A DNA stretch of 62,197 bases, filler included, from a bacterium (GTDB taxonomy: Bacteria; UBA9089; CG2-30-40-21; SBAY01): the NCBI GenBank assembly GCA_040757115.1. It is 7 parts of 7 records of this genome, joined end to end, with 100 filler letters (N's around TTAATTAATTAA, not from the genome) between each part and the next. Parts side by side here need not be neighbours in the genome. Positions count along the whole stretch, not along the records: positions 9,085 to 18,001 come from JBFLYA010000153.1; positions 18,102 to 26,987 come from JBFLYA010000154.1; 5 more parts are not named here. One strand, 5' to 3'. Made by a program: the position numbers and the translations under genes. The notes under the pieces are model-generated. The model saw nothing but the letters and a program-made list of their open reading frames with translations. It did no database searches and was not told the origin of the DNA. Positions within the stretch are counted from its first letter, which is position 1, and every line of letters begins with the position of its first letter. Below are positions 12,201 through 21,451 of the stretch, in pieces.

Positions 12201-15200
12201 TCCAGTAATCTCATAAACCCCTCTCTTTAATTTAGGGATAGCCCCTTCCTTAAAACCCCTTCCAATTATTTTTACTGTGACTTGCCCTGCATTCCCTCCC
12301 TTGCTTGGAGATATACTTAAGATAGCAGGTGGTAAAATTATTTGAAATTCATAGGCACCTATATCTACGATGCCATTTATAATCCTTGGATTACCGTCTT
12401 TGTCGGTGGTAAGCCAGCTTGGGACTGCAGAATTTGAACCTGCATCAATGCAGGGGGAGGAGGAACCAAGGCGATAATCACTCTCGGCAAATTGGGGGTC
12501 ATCTGAGATGTCATTTGGTCCAGCAGAGCAACCAGAATAATTATTAAAGCCATTATCTCCATTTTCCCAGACATCGTTGTAGTCAATGGTAGGGGTGCCA
12601 GGAGGATCTCCACCATTCCGAATGCCATAGGTCCAATCATTGGATGTGCCATTTTGGACAATGATATTGTTGGTGATATTTAGGGAGGAGTTCCAGCAGA
12701 AAATGCCATCCTTGCTATTTCCCGATATTGTGTTATTGGTGATGGTGGGGGAGGAGGAGTACTCGCAGGAGATGCCATAATCGCTATTCCCCGAGATTGT
12801 GTTGTTGGTAATGGCTGGGGAGGAGGAGAAGGAGCAGGAGATGCCATGGTAGCTATTCCCCGATATGGTGTTGTTGGTGATGGCTGGGGAGGAGTACCAC
12901 CCGCAGTCGATGCCATCATATCTATTCCCCGATATGATGTTATGCGTGATGGCTGGGGAGGAGTGGGTGTCGCAGGAGATGCCACACTTGCTATTCGCCA
13001 AGATGGTGTTATGCGTGATGGTTGGGGAGGAGCCGTAGCAGGAGATGCCATTCCAGCTATTCTCCGCGATGGTGTTATTGGTAATGGTTGGGGAGGAGGA
13101 GCAGCAGGAGATGCCACTCCCTTTATTCCCCGATATTGTGTTATTGGTGATAGCTGGGGAGGAGGAGTTTTGGCAGTAGATGCCATACTTGCTATTCGCC
13201 AAGATGGTGTTGTTGGTGATGGTTGGGGAGGAGTTGCCGCAGTAGATGCCATCATTATTCCCTGAGATGGTGTTATGCGTGATTACTGGTTCTGCACCAT
13301 TGTTGCAGTATATTCCATAACTTGCCCCGGTTATCCAAAAGCCTGAAATAGAGACATTATCTGTAAATGTTCCATCAAAGGTTACCCCATTATTTCCTGA
13401 AGGAGGTTTGATCGTAGGTGTTCCGTTTCCAATTAGGGCAATCCCTTTGTCGATATAGACAGGTTCTGTATAAGTTCCAGCCGTAACCGAGACCGTAGCC
13501 TCAGGAGGACAAATATCCACTCCTCTCTGGATAGTAGAGTATGGATATTGTTGCGAGCCATTCTCGATCCCTGTGGTGCTGCTTTTATCAACATAAATAG
13601 TGGTCGTCTCTGTGGAGAGCATCCTGAGTTCTATTTTGAGAATTGGGCCATCTACCCTGATCCCTCCTCTATAGGAATGATAATAGCTGGCACAGGATGC
13701 CCTGATGGCATATGTTCCGAAAGGTAGATTTTCGATGGTATAGGTGCCATTATCACTGGTGATTGCCTCGCCTCTTGTTAGACTCAATATCTTTGCCAGA
13801 GAGATTACCTTTACCAGGGCTCCGGAAATGGGATCGCCGTTTGTATCCGTGACCGTCCCAAAGATAGAACCGGAAAAAGAAGGAGGGGTATCTTGATACT
13901 CATAGGCACCCATATCAACTATGCCATTTATAATCCTTGGATTGCCGTCTTTATCAGTCGATGTCCCGTAGATTCCGGGGGCGGTGTTTGAGCCTGCATC
14001 AATGCAGAGTGAACCAGAACCCAAATGGTAGTCACCATTGCCGATAAACTGCGGATCAAGGGATATATCGTGCAAGCCAGCAGAGCAGTGGTAGTAATTA
14101 TTATTACCGCCTTGCCCATTCCGAAAGACACAGTTGTAGTCGATGATTGGGTTGCCTGAGTATTTATAAATACCATAATAACTTGTGCTTGTTGTCCCGT
14201 TTTCAGTAATAATGTTATTGGTGATGGCTGGGGAGGAGGAGTCGCAGTAGATGCCATCCTCGCTATTGCCTGAGATTGTGTTATTGGTAATGGTTGGGGA
14301 GGAGGAGTACTCGCAGGAGATACCATCATCACTATTTCCCGATATGGTGTTGTTGGTAATGGCTGGGGAGGAGGAGAGGCAGTAGATGCCACAGCCATTC
14401 ACTGAGATTGTGTTGTTGGTGATGGTTGGGAAGGAGGAGTTGGAGTAGATGCCATATCTGCTATGCCCCGCTATGGTGTTGTTGCTGATGGTTGGGGAGG
14501 AGGCGTGGCAGTAGATGCCATCCCATTTATTCCCCGCTATGGTGTTGTTGCTGATGGTTCCCGAGGAGGAGAAGCACCAGATGCCACAGTCATTCCCTGA
14601 GATTGTGTTGTTGGTGATGTTTGAGAAGGAGAAGCACCAGATGCCACAGTCATTCCCTGAGATTGTGTTGTTGGTGATGTTTGGGGAGGAAGAGTTGTCG
14701 CAGTAGATGCCATAGCTATTGCCCGATATGGTGTTGTTGGTGATGTTTGGGGAGGAGCAGGAGATGCCCCGATCGCTATTCCCCGAGATTGTGTTGTTGA
14801 TGATGGTTGGGGAGGAGGAGTAGCAGCAGATGCCATGGTAGCTATTCCCCGAGATTGTGTTGTTGGTGATATTTGGGGAGGAGGAGTAGCAGTTGATGCC
14901 ATAGCTATTCCCCGATATGGTATTATGGATAATGGTTGGATTTGCACCATTATGGCAACATATTCCACTGTTACTTGCTCCAGTTATGGTAAAGCCTGTA
15001 ATTGTGCCGTTTGCATTATTGCTATCAAAGGTTATGATACCGTAATTGCCTAAACCAGATGAAGTGATTGTGCAAATATCTGCACCCGCTCCAATTAAGG
15101 TTAAGGTTTTGTTAAGATAAACTGTGCCGGTGTAACCTCCAGGGGAAACAGAGACTATGCCACCAATAGGGCAGGCATTTATTCCTTGCTGGATTGCGGT

Positions 15201-16337
15201 ATAAGTTCCAATGATTTGGCCTAAAGAATCATAGACTGTAACTGAGCCAGTTACGGTTGGGGTTCCTTGGAATTCATAGGCACCCATATCAACAATGCCA
15301 TTTACAATCCTTGGATTACCATCTTTGTCAGTGGTAATGGTACCTATGGCTGTGTTTGAGCCAAAATCTATGCAGGGGGAATTTGATTGGAAATGAAAGT
15401 CAGTTAAGCTTATAAATTGTGGGTCAAGTGAGATGTCGTTTGGTCCAGGAGAGCAATTGCCATAATTACCTGAAGAATTATTCCAAATATCGTTGTAGTT
15501 CATCGTGGGATTGCCAGAAGCTCGGTAGATGCCATACCATCTATTATTTACAATGATATTGTTGGTGATTTGTGGCGAGGAGGAGAAGAAGTAGATGCCA
15601 TACCAGCCATTCCCCGATATTGTATTGTTAGTGATGGTGGGGGAGGAGTAGTCGCAGTCGATGCCATCACAGGTATTCTCCAATATTGTGTTGTTGGTGA
15701 TTTGTGGCGAGGGGTAGTAGTGGCAGGAGATGCCATATCTGGTATTCCCCGATATGGTATTGTTGGTGATGGTTGAGAAGGAGGAGTTGCAGAAGATGCC
15801 ATAGCTATTCCATGAGATGGTGTTATTGGTGATGGCTGGGGAGGAGGAGTCGCAGTAGATGCCATAGCGATTCCCCGAGATGGTATTATGGATAATGGTT
15901 GGGTTTGCACTATTTGTACCAAATATTCCACTGCCATATGGCCAAACTGTGCTTGTTGCCCCAGTTATGGTAAATCCTGTGATTGTTCCCTTTGCATTTG
16001 TGCCATCAAAGGTTACCGTGTTTGTATCGCCTAAGCCAGAGGCTGTAATTGTGCAAACACCTTGAGCCGCACCAATCAAAGTAATATTTTTGTTGATATA
16101 AACCGCCTCATTGTAGGTTCCCGTTGAAACAATAACCCGATCCCCAGGATTTGCCGCATCTATTGCCAACTGGATTGTCGTATAACTTCCTGGCACATAC
16201 AAATCCACTGCCATTGCCCCCTGGGTTAAAAAACCCATCCCAAATACCACTAAAGCCAATAGCTTCTTCATCCCGTTAGACCTCTTTTTATATCCCATTA
16301 AACCCTTCATATCACAGCAAGGTCTTGTGGGATTCAT
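9294..16337 (-). CDS. giant secreted protein: three right-handed beta-helix blocks, carboxypeptidase-regulatory-like, IPT-like, permuted NlpC/P60-like, YDPNDK domain, FlgD-Ig/T9SS-A-like tail
   Basis: GIxCxxSSPxITNNTISGN repeats; SPCIDAG..VDMGAYE; AGGAGG SD before ATG 16337 (alternative start 16271). Confidence 0.88.
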   Translation of the reverse strand: MNPTRPCCDMKGLMGYKKRSNGMKKLLALVVFGMGFLTQGAMAVDLYVPGSYTTIQLAIDAANPGDRVIVSTGTYNEAVYINKNITLIGAAQGVCTITASGLGDTNTVTFDGTNAKGTITGFTITGATSTVWPYGSGIFGTNSANPTIIHNTISGNRYGIYCDSSSPAITNNTISWNSYGIFCNSSFSTITNNTISGNTRYGISCHYYPSPQITNNTILENTCDGIDCDYSSPTITNNTISGNGWYGIYFFSSSPQITNNIIVNNRWYGIYRASGNPTMNYNDIWNNSSGNYGNCSPGPNDISLDPQFISLTDFHFQSNSPCIDFGSNTAIGTITTDKDGNPRIVNGIVDMGAYEFQGTPTVTGSVTVYDSLGQIIGTYTAIQQGINACPIGGIVSVSPGGYTGTVYLNKTLTLIGAGADICTITSSGLGNYGIITFDSNNANGTITGFTITGASNSGICCHNGANPTIIHNTISGNSYGINCYSSSPNITNNTISGNSYHGICCYSSSPTIINNTISGNSDRGISCSSPNITNNTISGNSYGIYCDNSSSPNITNNTISGNDCGIWCFSFSNITNNTISGNDCGIWCFSSSGTISNNTIAGNKWDGIYCHASSPTISNNTIAGHSRYGIYSNSSFPTITNNTISVNGCGIYCLSSSPAITNNTISGNSDDGISCEYSSSPTITNNTISGNSEDGIYCDSSSPAITNNIITENGTTSTSYYGIYKYSGNPIIDYNCVFRNGQGGNNNYYHCSAGLHDISLDPQFIGNGDYHLGSGSLCIDAGSNTAPGIYGTSTDKDGNPRIINGIVDMGAYEYQDTPPSFSGSIFGTVTDTNGDPISGALVKVISLAKILSLTRGEAITSDNGTYTIENLPFGTYAIRASCASYYHSYRGGIRVDGPILKIELRMLSTETTTIYVDKSSTTGIENGSQQYPYSTIQRGVDICPPEATVSVTAGTYTEPVYIDKGIALIGNGTPTIKPPSGNNGVTFDGTFTDNVSISGFWITGASYGIYCNNGAEPVITHNTISGNNDGIYCGNSSPTITNNTILANSKYGIYCQNSSSPAITNNTISGNKGSGISCCSSSPTITNNTIAENSWNGISCYGSSPTITHNTILANSKCGISCDTHSSPAITHNIISGNRYDGIDCGWYSSPAITNNTISGNSYHGISCSFSSSPAITNNTISGNSDYGISCEYSSSPTITNNTISGNSKDGIFCWNSSLNITNNIIVQNGTSNDWTYGIRNGGDPPGTPTIDYNDVWENGDNGFNNYSGCSAGPNDISDDPQFAESDYRLGSSSPCIDAGSNSAVPSWLTTDKDGNPRIINGIVDIGAYEFQIILPPAILSISPSKGGNAGQVTVKIIGRGFKEGAIPKLKRGVYEITGISIVYTPNRLTTTFDLTNKEPGIWDVVVENLEGTLVLPGGFTIEQGGEPKLWVEIVGREQIQVGREQTYWIRYGNAGNLDAHSVLLLLRQPRNVNYEVNVPLAEPTLEQIKPEDALDSGSKISLWFIITHVPAGSIDEFPLKLTTTQRVDIPISASIFMVEQSILESPARNRLESEFLELQILKSLQANSEPQRGDMVFRLSPPPGGTGHVGIYVEDANGNGFVIDHNTDDFVKVTPFAQWKKGEGGYVGHAHTPDWTPNIGEKIALEAWNMVGERFPYLSPPIGPFKNCVEFANDMYKKAGLQTWEFSTNPPSWVYEFFTLFSGSPKRWPEEEKPFWIQPPSRNFDLWRILEEALIEDADKMAAIFKRSLKVVISYDPNDKAGPSGFGENKWVSPEQTFQYLVYFENALPTATAYAQEIKIADQLSPNLDTSTLVFNSICIGDRIINLPEDSQQISTSTIISVGTWSGGTPETDTVKLNIQASLSATGTIQIKLEGRTLGTNELTDLLPPNSDPPNGEGWVSFTIKPKSNLSSGTQIKNKASIVFDTNDPMDTPEVFNTIDSGIPTSYVKPLPAISTSTSFNLEWQGSDDLNGSGIRNYTIYCSDNESPYATIYVATSTGAYTYTGEYHHRYRFYSRASDNVGNLEAIPESPDCEILLIPEGIRIEADKRAIPIFGTTSLYCFAKGTESLFATWTLSGNIGTLSSHFGTSTIFYATQIGIGTITAFDGTSTAQIPIVVGECVDEIRIWTGTLTATWGTATARFGTSTREVYLLPIGTVSSAILQSLTGNIGIGMKINAFGTSATEITGTLTTPVQIMFNYDETVLGNIDERTLMLYLSSDGNLWKLVVDSNRDADANIVYGTITHLSFVAPAGKSKITAASDLTGVFVYPNPCYASRGQQLHFKRLTAQCTIKVFNIVGELVKEIEHNNGTDEEVWTNPREVASGVYIYLIKNEQGQKAIGKLGIIK

Positions 16338-16948
16338 CTTTTTATACCTCCTGAAAAATAGTTTTGAGCCACAGACACAGAAAAACACAGAAAAAGTAAT
16401 GCCTCAGTTATCGGGTGTAAAGGGAGTAAAATTGAGTGAAATTGGAAATTAGAAATTGGGGAGAGAAGTGAAAAACTCAATTTCCAATTTCCAATTTCAG
16501 CGTTTAAGTGAATAAATAGTTATCTTCCCACCTCATAACTGAGGGATTACCAGAATTTCTCTCTTTTACCTCCACCTTAATTTCCCACCGATAACTGACC
16601 CATTACCAGAAAAAAATAATTTGCGTGAAACTTCCTTTCCTCCTAAAAATACCTCACACAGAGCCACAGAGTTCACAGAGTATATTTAATTTCTTTCTCT
16701 TTTTTCTCTCTGTATCTCCGTGTCTTTGCGTGATAAATATCAGCGTCAAAAAACAAAAAAAGCGTTTCATTCGCTTTTAATTCACGACTGAAACGCTTTT
16801 TGTGATTGGTCAATATTGTTGTAATATGTTGAAAGTAAAGGAGTTAAGCGGAAGCCCCCCCCCTTCTAAAAATTCTATGGTATATCTTTGGTTATTGGTT
16901 AGATTAGAAACTTTTGGAATGAGAGTCATAATTTCTTACCTCACATCT

Positions 16949-17326
16949 TTATCCAATCTTTTCTATAAAATCTTTTGCTAATTTTAAATAATGTTTAACT
17001 CCCTGGGTATCATAAATAAGTCCTCTATAATAACCTGCTATGTGCAAGGTGTCATAAAGCATTTCAAATTCCCTCATCAACTTTCCATTATGAACAGCCA
17101 GGTATTTTTTTAATGCTTCTCTATATCCATCTACTGACTTTAGAATTTCTTTCTTCGCAACTTGCTTCTTTTCAATCAGATATTCATTTATTGCCTCTAA
17201 AATAGCCAGATAGGCTGTTCCAAATGCCTCTTGGATAGGCTTAACATCTGTATAGGTATTATCCTCTACTGGAATAGACCTCAATATCTCCCTGGCATTA
17301 TTTAAATATCTTAATGATTCTTTCAT
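16949..17326 (-). CDS. DUF5618-family (HEPN-like) protein
   Basis: ESLRYLNNAREIL..Y.DVK..A.GTAYLAILEA..YDTLHIAGYY pattern. Confidence 0.7.
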   Translation of the reverse strand: MKESLRYLNNAREILRSIPVEDNTYTDVKPIQEAFGTAYLAILEAINEYLIEKKQVAKKEILKSVDGYREALKKYLAVHNGKLMREFEMLYDTLHIAGYYRGLIYDTQGVKHYLKLAKDFIEKIG

Positions 17327-17479
17327 TTTTAAATCTCCCCGTTGTTTTCTTATCTTAACATATTTTCTTTTATTCTGTCAACAATTATTTTGTAAAAGGG
17401 TGCGTGTAAAGTTTGTTGGTAAATTTCAACCTATGAAATAGAAGAACAAAATATCCCCCAATTAGAGTGAGAAAAAGAA

Positions 17480-17646
17480 TAAACAGCTCGCTCCTATGGA
17501 GCTAATTTGTTATGAGGGAGATAATCTTTCTACAAACATATCGCTCCTCTGGAGCTAATATGAATAAAGCTCCGTAGGAGCAATCTGTTTGTAGTATTTC
17601 GCAAAAGCAATATGTTTGTAGCTCCGTAGGAGCAACCTGTTTGTAG
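17480..17646. repeat. REP-like palindrome cluster GCTCC(T/G)xxGGAGC with TTTGTAG/CTACAAAC tails (second cluster ~21470-21600)
   Basis: Four hairpins in head-to-head arrangement. Confidence 0.7.
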
Positions 17647-18101
17647 TAGAGATTGAATATCTGTTTCTTGCATTTTATTTAAGCCTATTTCACAGGTCGA
17701 TTATTTTTAGTAATGGGATTAAGCGGATTATTTTTTTATCCGTTTAATCCGTTCAATCCGCTTACTATAACTTAATCCTGTCAGAAAAGACAAAAAAGCA
17801 CAGTAAAATTAATCACTGTGCTTATATTCTCCTAACTCTATGTCCTGCAACAGGTTAGAATGACTCTCCCTCTCTGTATGTTCTGTTAGCGTTATCCATC
17901 TCTTCTCCTTTAACAGATTCTACATCTTAATCTCTTTTTACCTTGATTCGGTTCATCATTATTTAAGTGGCTGACCCCTTACCCTAATTATATCTCAATA
18001 TNNNNNNNNNNNNNNNNNNNNNNNNNNNNNNNNNNNNNNNNNNNNTTAATTAATTAANNNNNNNNNNNNNNNNNNNNNNNNNNNNNNNNNNNNNNNNNNN
18101 N

Positions 18102-18275
18102 TACCGCTTCATAGTTCGTCTGTAATAACGCTTTCTCACATCTGTCTATACTTATCGCATCCCCTTCACTAATCTTCATCTCAAACATCCCATCCCCCTT
18201 CCTTTCTAATTCACTCCCTGCTGGCTCAGAACATTCCTCTATATCTACCTTTACTACAATCTTATAATTTCCCAT
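18102..18275 (-). CDS. partial ORF, probably the first ORF of an IS element (ISKra4/ISLre2-like)
   Basis: AGGAGG SD; preceded by the recurring end motif TCGACCTGTGCGG; cut by contig end. Confidence 0.4.
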
Positions 18276-18639
18276 TTGGTAGCCCTCCTTTTTTTATTGT
18301 TGCTACCATTTATATCGGCAAAATTAACACTTTTCTTTAACTTCTTATCCCATCATTATTGATAATTCCCAACCGCACAGGTCGAATTTTTTCCCTTATC
18401 CGCAATGAGCAGATAACGGGGTAGGGATGAGCGAAGTGCCCCTTTAGGGGCATAGGTTCGACAGGCTCACTACAAGTTTTGGCTTCAGCCCCGACCCACT
18501 TCGTGGGTGCCCCGCCGCTGATAGCCGAAGTGACGCAGAGCAACTTCCCTTTTTCAAAAAATCCCCTTTGAGTTACATAAAGCTTTCGCCTTTCGCTCAT
18601 TCGCATCCCGATAACCAAAATGGAGCGAAGCGACATTTT

Positions 18640-18730
18640 GGTTATCGGCTGAGCGTATCTGAAGTTCCGAGCGAAGCGAGAAATTTGGGCTGAGTGCCGA
18701 AGGCACGAAGCTAGATACGCTCTGTTAGGC
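18640..18730 (-). other. attC-like recombination site (R' degenerate)
   Basis: GCCTAAC 10 nt after the cassette stop; GAGCGTATCT...AGATACGCTC stem; CGCTTCGCTCG loop; ends GATAACC instead of GTTRRRY. Confidence 0.65.
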
Positions 18731-18740
18731 GAAGGCGCTA

Positions 18741-19229
18741 TCATTTTTTCACCGTTTCATATAGACGTTGTTTACCACTATCACATTTTATTTCTATCAG
18801 CTCATTGCTTAAGCACGTATGAAAAGAAATAACAACCATTTCTCGTCCTTTCGGGTAAAATTCATGAGCTACATTGTTATCTATCACATACCAGCAATCT
18901 TCATTTTGCTGATTGAATAATCGCATCTCCTCGCAACGGCCGGCAATTTTGACCTCTCCTTTCCCTTCGACTATTACCGTGTGTTGAGTACTATTTGGAT
19001 GATAATGAACAATAGAAAGAACATTCTTTTTGTTAACGAATACCCAGGCAGATTTGATGTTCTGTGGGAGTCTCTCACGAAAAGACTCTATTCTTATGGC
19101 ACTCCCTATGAATGGTTCATTAGACTTTCGAAGCTGTAACTTGAGATTTTTAATAGTTTCTTTGATTGATGCGTCTTCTAATAATATTTTAACCACAGCA
19201 CTTAGATCCTTCAAATATTCCTTTTCCAT
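18741..19229 (-). CDS. gene-cassette ORF, cupin-like protein
   Basis: AGGAG SD; HYHPNSTQH..VEGKG..HEF; bounded by GTTAGGC and GCCTAAC. Confidence 0.75.
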   Translation of the reverse strand: MEKEYLKDLSAVVKILLEDASIKETIKNLKLQLRKSNEPFIGSAIRIESFRERLPQNIKSAWVFVNKKNVLSIVHYHPNSTQHTVIVEGKGEVKIAGRCEEMRLFNQQNEDCWYVIDNNVAHEFYPKGREMVVISFHTCLSNELIEIKCDSGKQRLYETVKK

Positions 19230-19264
19230 AAAGTTTCTCCTAATATTATCTAACTGGCGATTTC

Positions 19265-19340
19265 GCCTAACTTGTTTATATCCGAACAGGTTCGGATATA
19301 CCCCCAATTTTGGGGTGATATCCGAAGTACTTCGGATATC
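19265..19340 (-). other. attI-like site
   Basis: Two 24-bp palindromes (ATATCCGAA x4) followed by the GTTAGGC core, downstream of the integrase. Confidence 0.6.
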
Positions 19341-19396
19341 CCAACTCTAGCTGAAAAGCCCGGACACCCCTTCTATTAACAATCTTTTGCCACCCA

Positions 19397-20074
19397 TTAC
19401 TTCCCTTTCTTCAGGTTCAAGGTATCCAGTGGACTCTTTATTTTCCCAATGTTTTTAGTACTCACATGGGTATAAATCTCTGTTGTCTTACTATCTTTGT
19501 GTCCTAATAGCTCTTGAATGTATCTTAAGTCAGTCCCGCCTTCCAATAAATGCGTAGCAAAATTGTGTCTTAAGGTATGTACTGAAACATCTTTTTTTGT
19601 ACCAGCCTTTTTACACGCATCCTCTAATATCTTTTCAACTGTCCTTGTGGATAAATGTCTGCCTACTCTTGCTCCTTCAAATAACCACTTTTCGGGTTTA
19701 TATTTCCTCCAATATCCTCTTAAAATTTCTAATGCTACTTCCGACAACATTACATAACGATCTTTTCTCCCCTTTGACCCTTTGATATGAATTAGCATCC
19801 TCTTGCTATCAACATCTTCTGTCTTTAATCTTACTACCTCTCCAACTCTTAATCCAGCAGAATATACAAGCATCAACATCACTTTATGTTTTAGGTTATT
19901 CACTGATAAAGGCGTTTAGAATCTCCTCAAAAGTTCCATTACTATCTGGAAAGCTCCAATATTTCTTATCAGAATGCCACCAGTGTTCCTTAATAGTCTT
20001 CATCTTTGCCACATAGTCAGGGTTATAGGGGGAAGTAACTATTATTCTACCATCTTAATTTCTACACCTTTCAT
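19397..20074 (-). pseudogene. integron-type tyrosine recombinase with internal deletion; catalytic domain 19397-19903 still open
   Basis: YSAGLRVGE, KGRKDR, HTLRHNFATHLLE, IQELLGH, TEIYTHV, KIKSPLD; frameshifted N-terminal PYNPDYVAKMKTIK..W..KKYWSFP joined directly, SAM-like domain missing. Confidence 0.8.
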
Positions 20075-20161
20075 AATTTCATTATAACAAAGTCCTTAAA
20101 TATTGTCAACTTTTTTTCTATTGCTGCCTGTGATTCAGACACTGGACATCAGACTTATGTG

Positions 20162-20298
20162 CAGCAATTCTCGGTGAATTTTTAGAGACTGAATTCACCT
20201 CTGTTTAGGAGAGATAGAAAAAAATATTTTTCGTAAAGATTTTGAGAGAAAAATAAGGAATAATGAGCCTCTATCTAATTTTTCACCGAGAATTGCTG
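20162..20298. mobile_element. 137-bp MITE
   Basis: 17-bp perfect TIR CAGCAATTCTCGGTGAA; 9-bp TSD ACTTATGTG. Confidence 0.88.
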
Positions 20299-20315
20299 AC
20301 TTATGTGAATTGTGC

Positions 20316-20344
20316 TTGACAAAAAGCTTTCCATGAATTATAAT
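20316..20344 (+). promoter_or_regulatory. consensus sigma70 promoter
   Basis: TTGACA-N17-TATAAT. Confidence 0.75.
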
Positions 20345-20380
20345 ATGTATGATATAACTATTGAAGGAAGGAGTATTTGG

Positions 20381-21217
20381 ATGCGTTTTTTAGATGTTAA
20401 AACAGATTATGCCTTCAAAAAGGTTTTTGGCTCTCAAGGAAGTAAGGATATACTTATTAGCTTTCTTAACTCGGTGATTGATTTTAAAGAGACTGAAAAA
20501 ATCGTTGATTTAGTAATCGTTGACCCCTACCAAATACCATTAATCAAGGGGATGAAGGATACCTATGTCGATGTTAAAGCCAAACTCTCAAACCAGAAGA
20601 ATGTCATTATCGAGATGCAGGTTTTGAATGTAGAAGGGTTTGAGAAAAGGATTTTATATAATGCGGCTAAGACATATTCAGCTCAGCTAAAAGAGACAGA
20701 ATCATTTACCAGCCTTGAACCTATTATTGCTCTAACCATTACGGACTTTATCATGTTCGAGGATGTAGATAAGGTTATCACCTATTTCAATCTCATTGAA
20801 AAGGAGACTTTAATCAAATACCATGATGAAATCGAACTTGTTTTTATCGAATTGCCCAAATTCAAGAAGAATGAGGATGAGCTGGATTCAATCAAAGACA
20901 AATGGATATATTTTATAAAGAATGCAGGCAGACTTGAATATACTCCAGAGAGCTTAGTTAAAGAGATAGAAATAAAGGAGGCATTTGAAATAGCCAATAC
21001 TGCGGGGATGAGTGAAAAGGAGTTAGAAATTCAATATAAGCGGCACGATTTTATCCGAATGCAAAGAGGTGCGATAGAGTTTGCCTTAAAACAAGGGTTA
21101 AAACAAGGAATACAACAAGGCAAAATAGAAGTAGCGAAAAGTCTTTTGAAATTAGGGGAGAAAGTTGAAAAAATATCCCAGGTAACGGGATTAACAATAG
21201 AGGAAATTAAGGGGTAA
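20381..21217 (+). CDS. Rpn family PD-(D/E)XK nuclease / putative transposase
   Basis: DVKTDYAFKKVFG, DVKA..IIEMQV, FIELPKF, GLKQGIQQG tail; AGGAG SD. Confidence 0.9.
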   Translation: MRFLDVKTDYAFKKVFGSQGSKDILISFLNSVIDFKETEKIVDLVIVDPYQIPLIKGMKDTYVDVKAKLSNQKNVIIEMQVLNVEGFEKRILYNAAKTYSAQLKETESFTSLEPIIALTITDFIMFEDVDKVITYFNLIEKETLIKYHDEIELVFIELPKFKKNEDELDSIKDKWIYFIKNAGRLEYTPESLVKEIEIKEAFEIANTAGMSEKELEIQYKRHDFIRMQRGAIEFALKQGLKQGIQQGKIEVAKSLLKLGEKVEKISQVTGLTIEEIKG

Positions 21218-21451
21218 CTATTCACCACGAAGAACACGAAGAAAATTAGATGGTCTCTGAAATTAATCACAAACTACACAAAGAATACACAAAGAAATAA
21301 AGGGAAAAAATTTATTCTCTCAAAAATCTTTGACTCTTTTGTGAAACTCTTTGTGGTTAAAAAATTGTAGTTATTGTCAGACACTACCGAAAATTACAAG
21401 ACATTAAATTCCATTTCGTGTCCTTCGTGCTCTTGCGTGGTAAATAGTTAC
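21214..21451. mobile_element. GTAACTATTCACCACG MITE with a nested element at 21249-21388
   Basis: Outer TIR with 1 mismatch; nested element has 8-bp TSD GAAAATTA; outer left end supplies the Rpn TAA. Confidence 0.75.

Noticed and set aside
12660-15900. Complete DGR in this window
   Set aside because: No reverse transcriptase and no non-coding template repeat visible; kept only as a hypothesis
12377-15937. Pro/Thr/Ser- and Gly/Val-rich ORFs (MASTATPPPQPSP, VVGDGWGG)
   Set aside because: Alternative-frame shadows of the beta-helix repeats
18337-18744. 135-aa ORF downstream of the cassette
   Set aside because: Runs through the attC and palindromic repeats; no recognisable protein features
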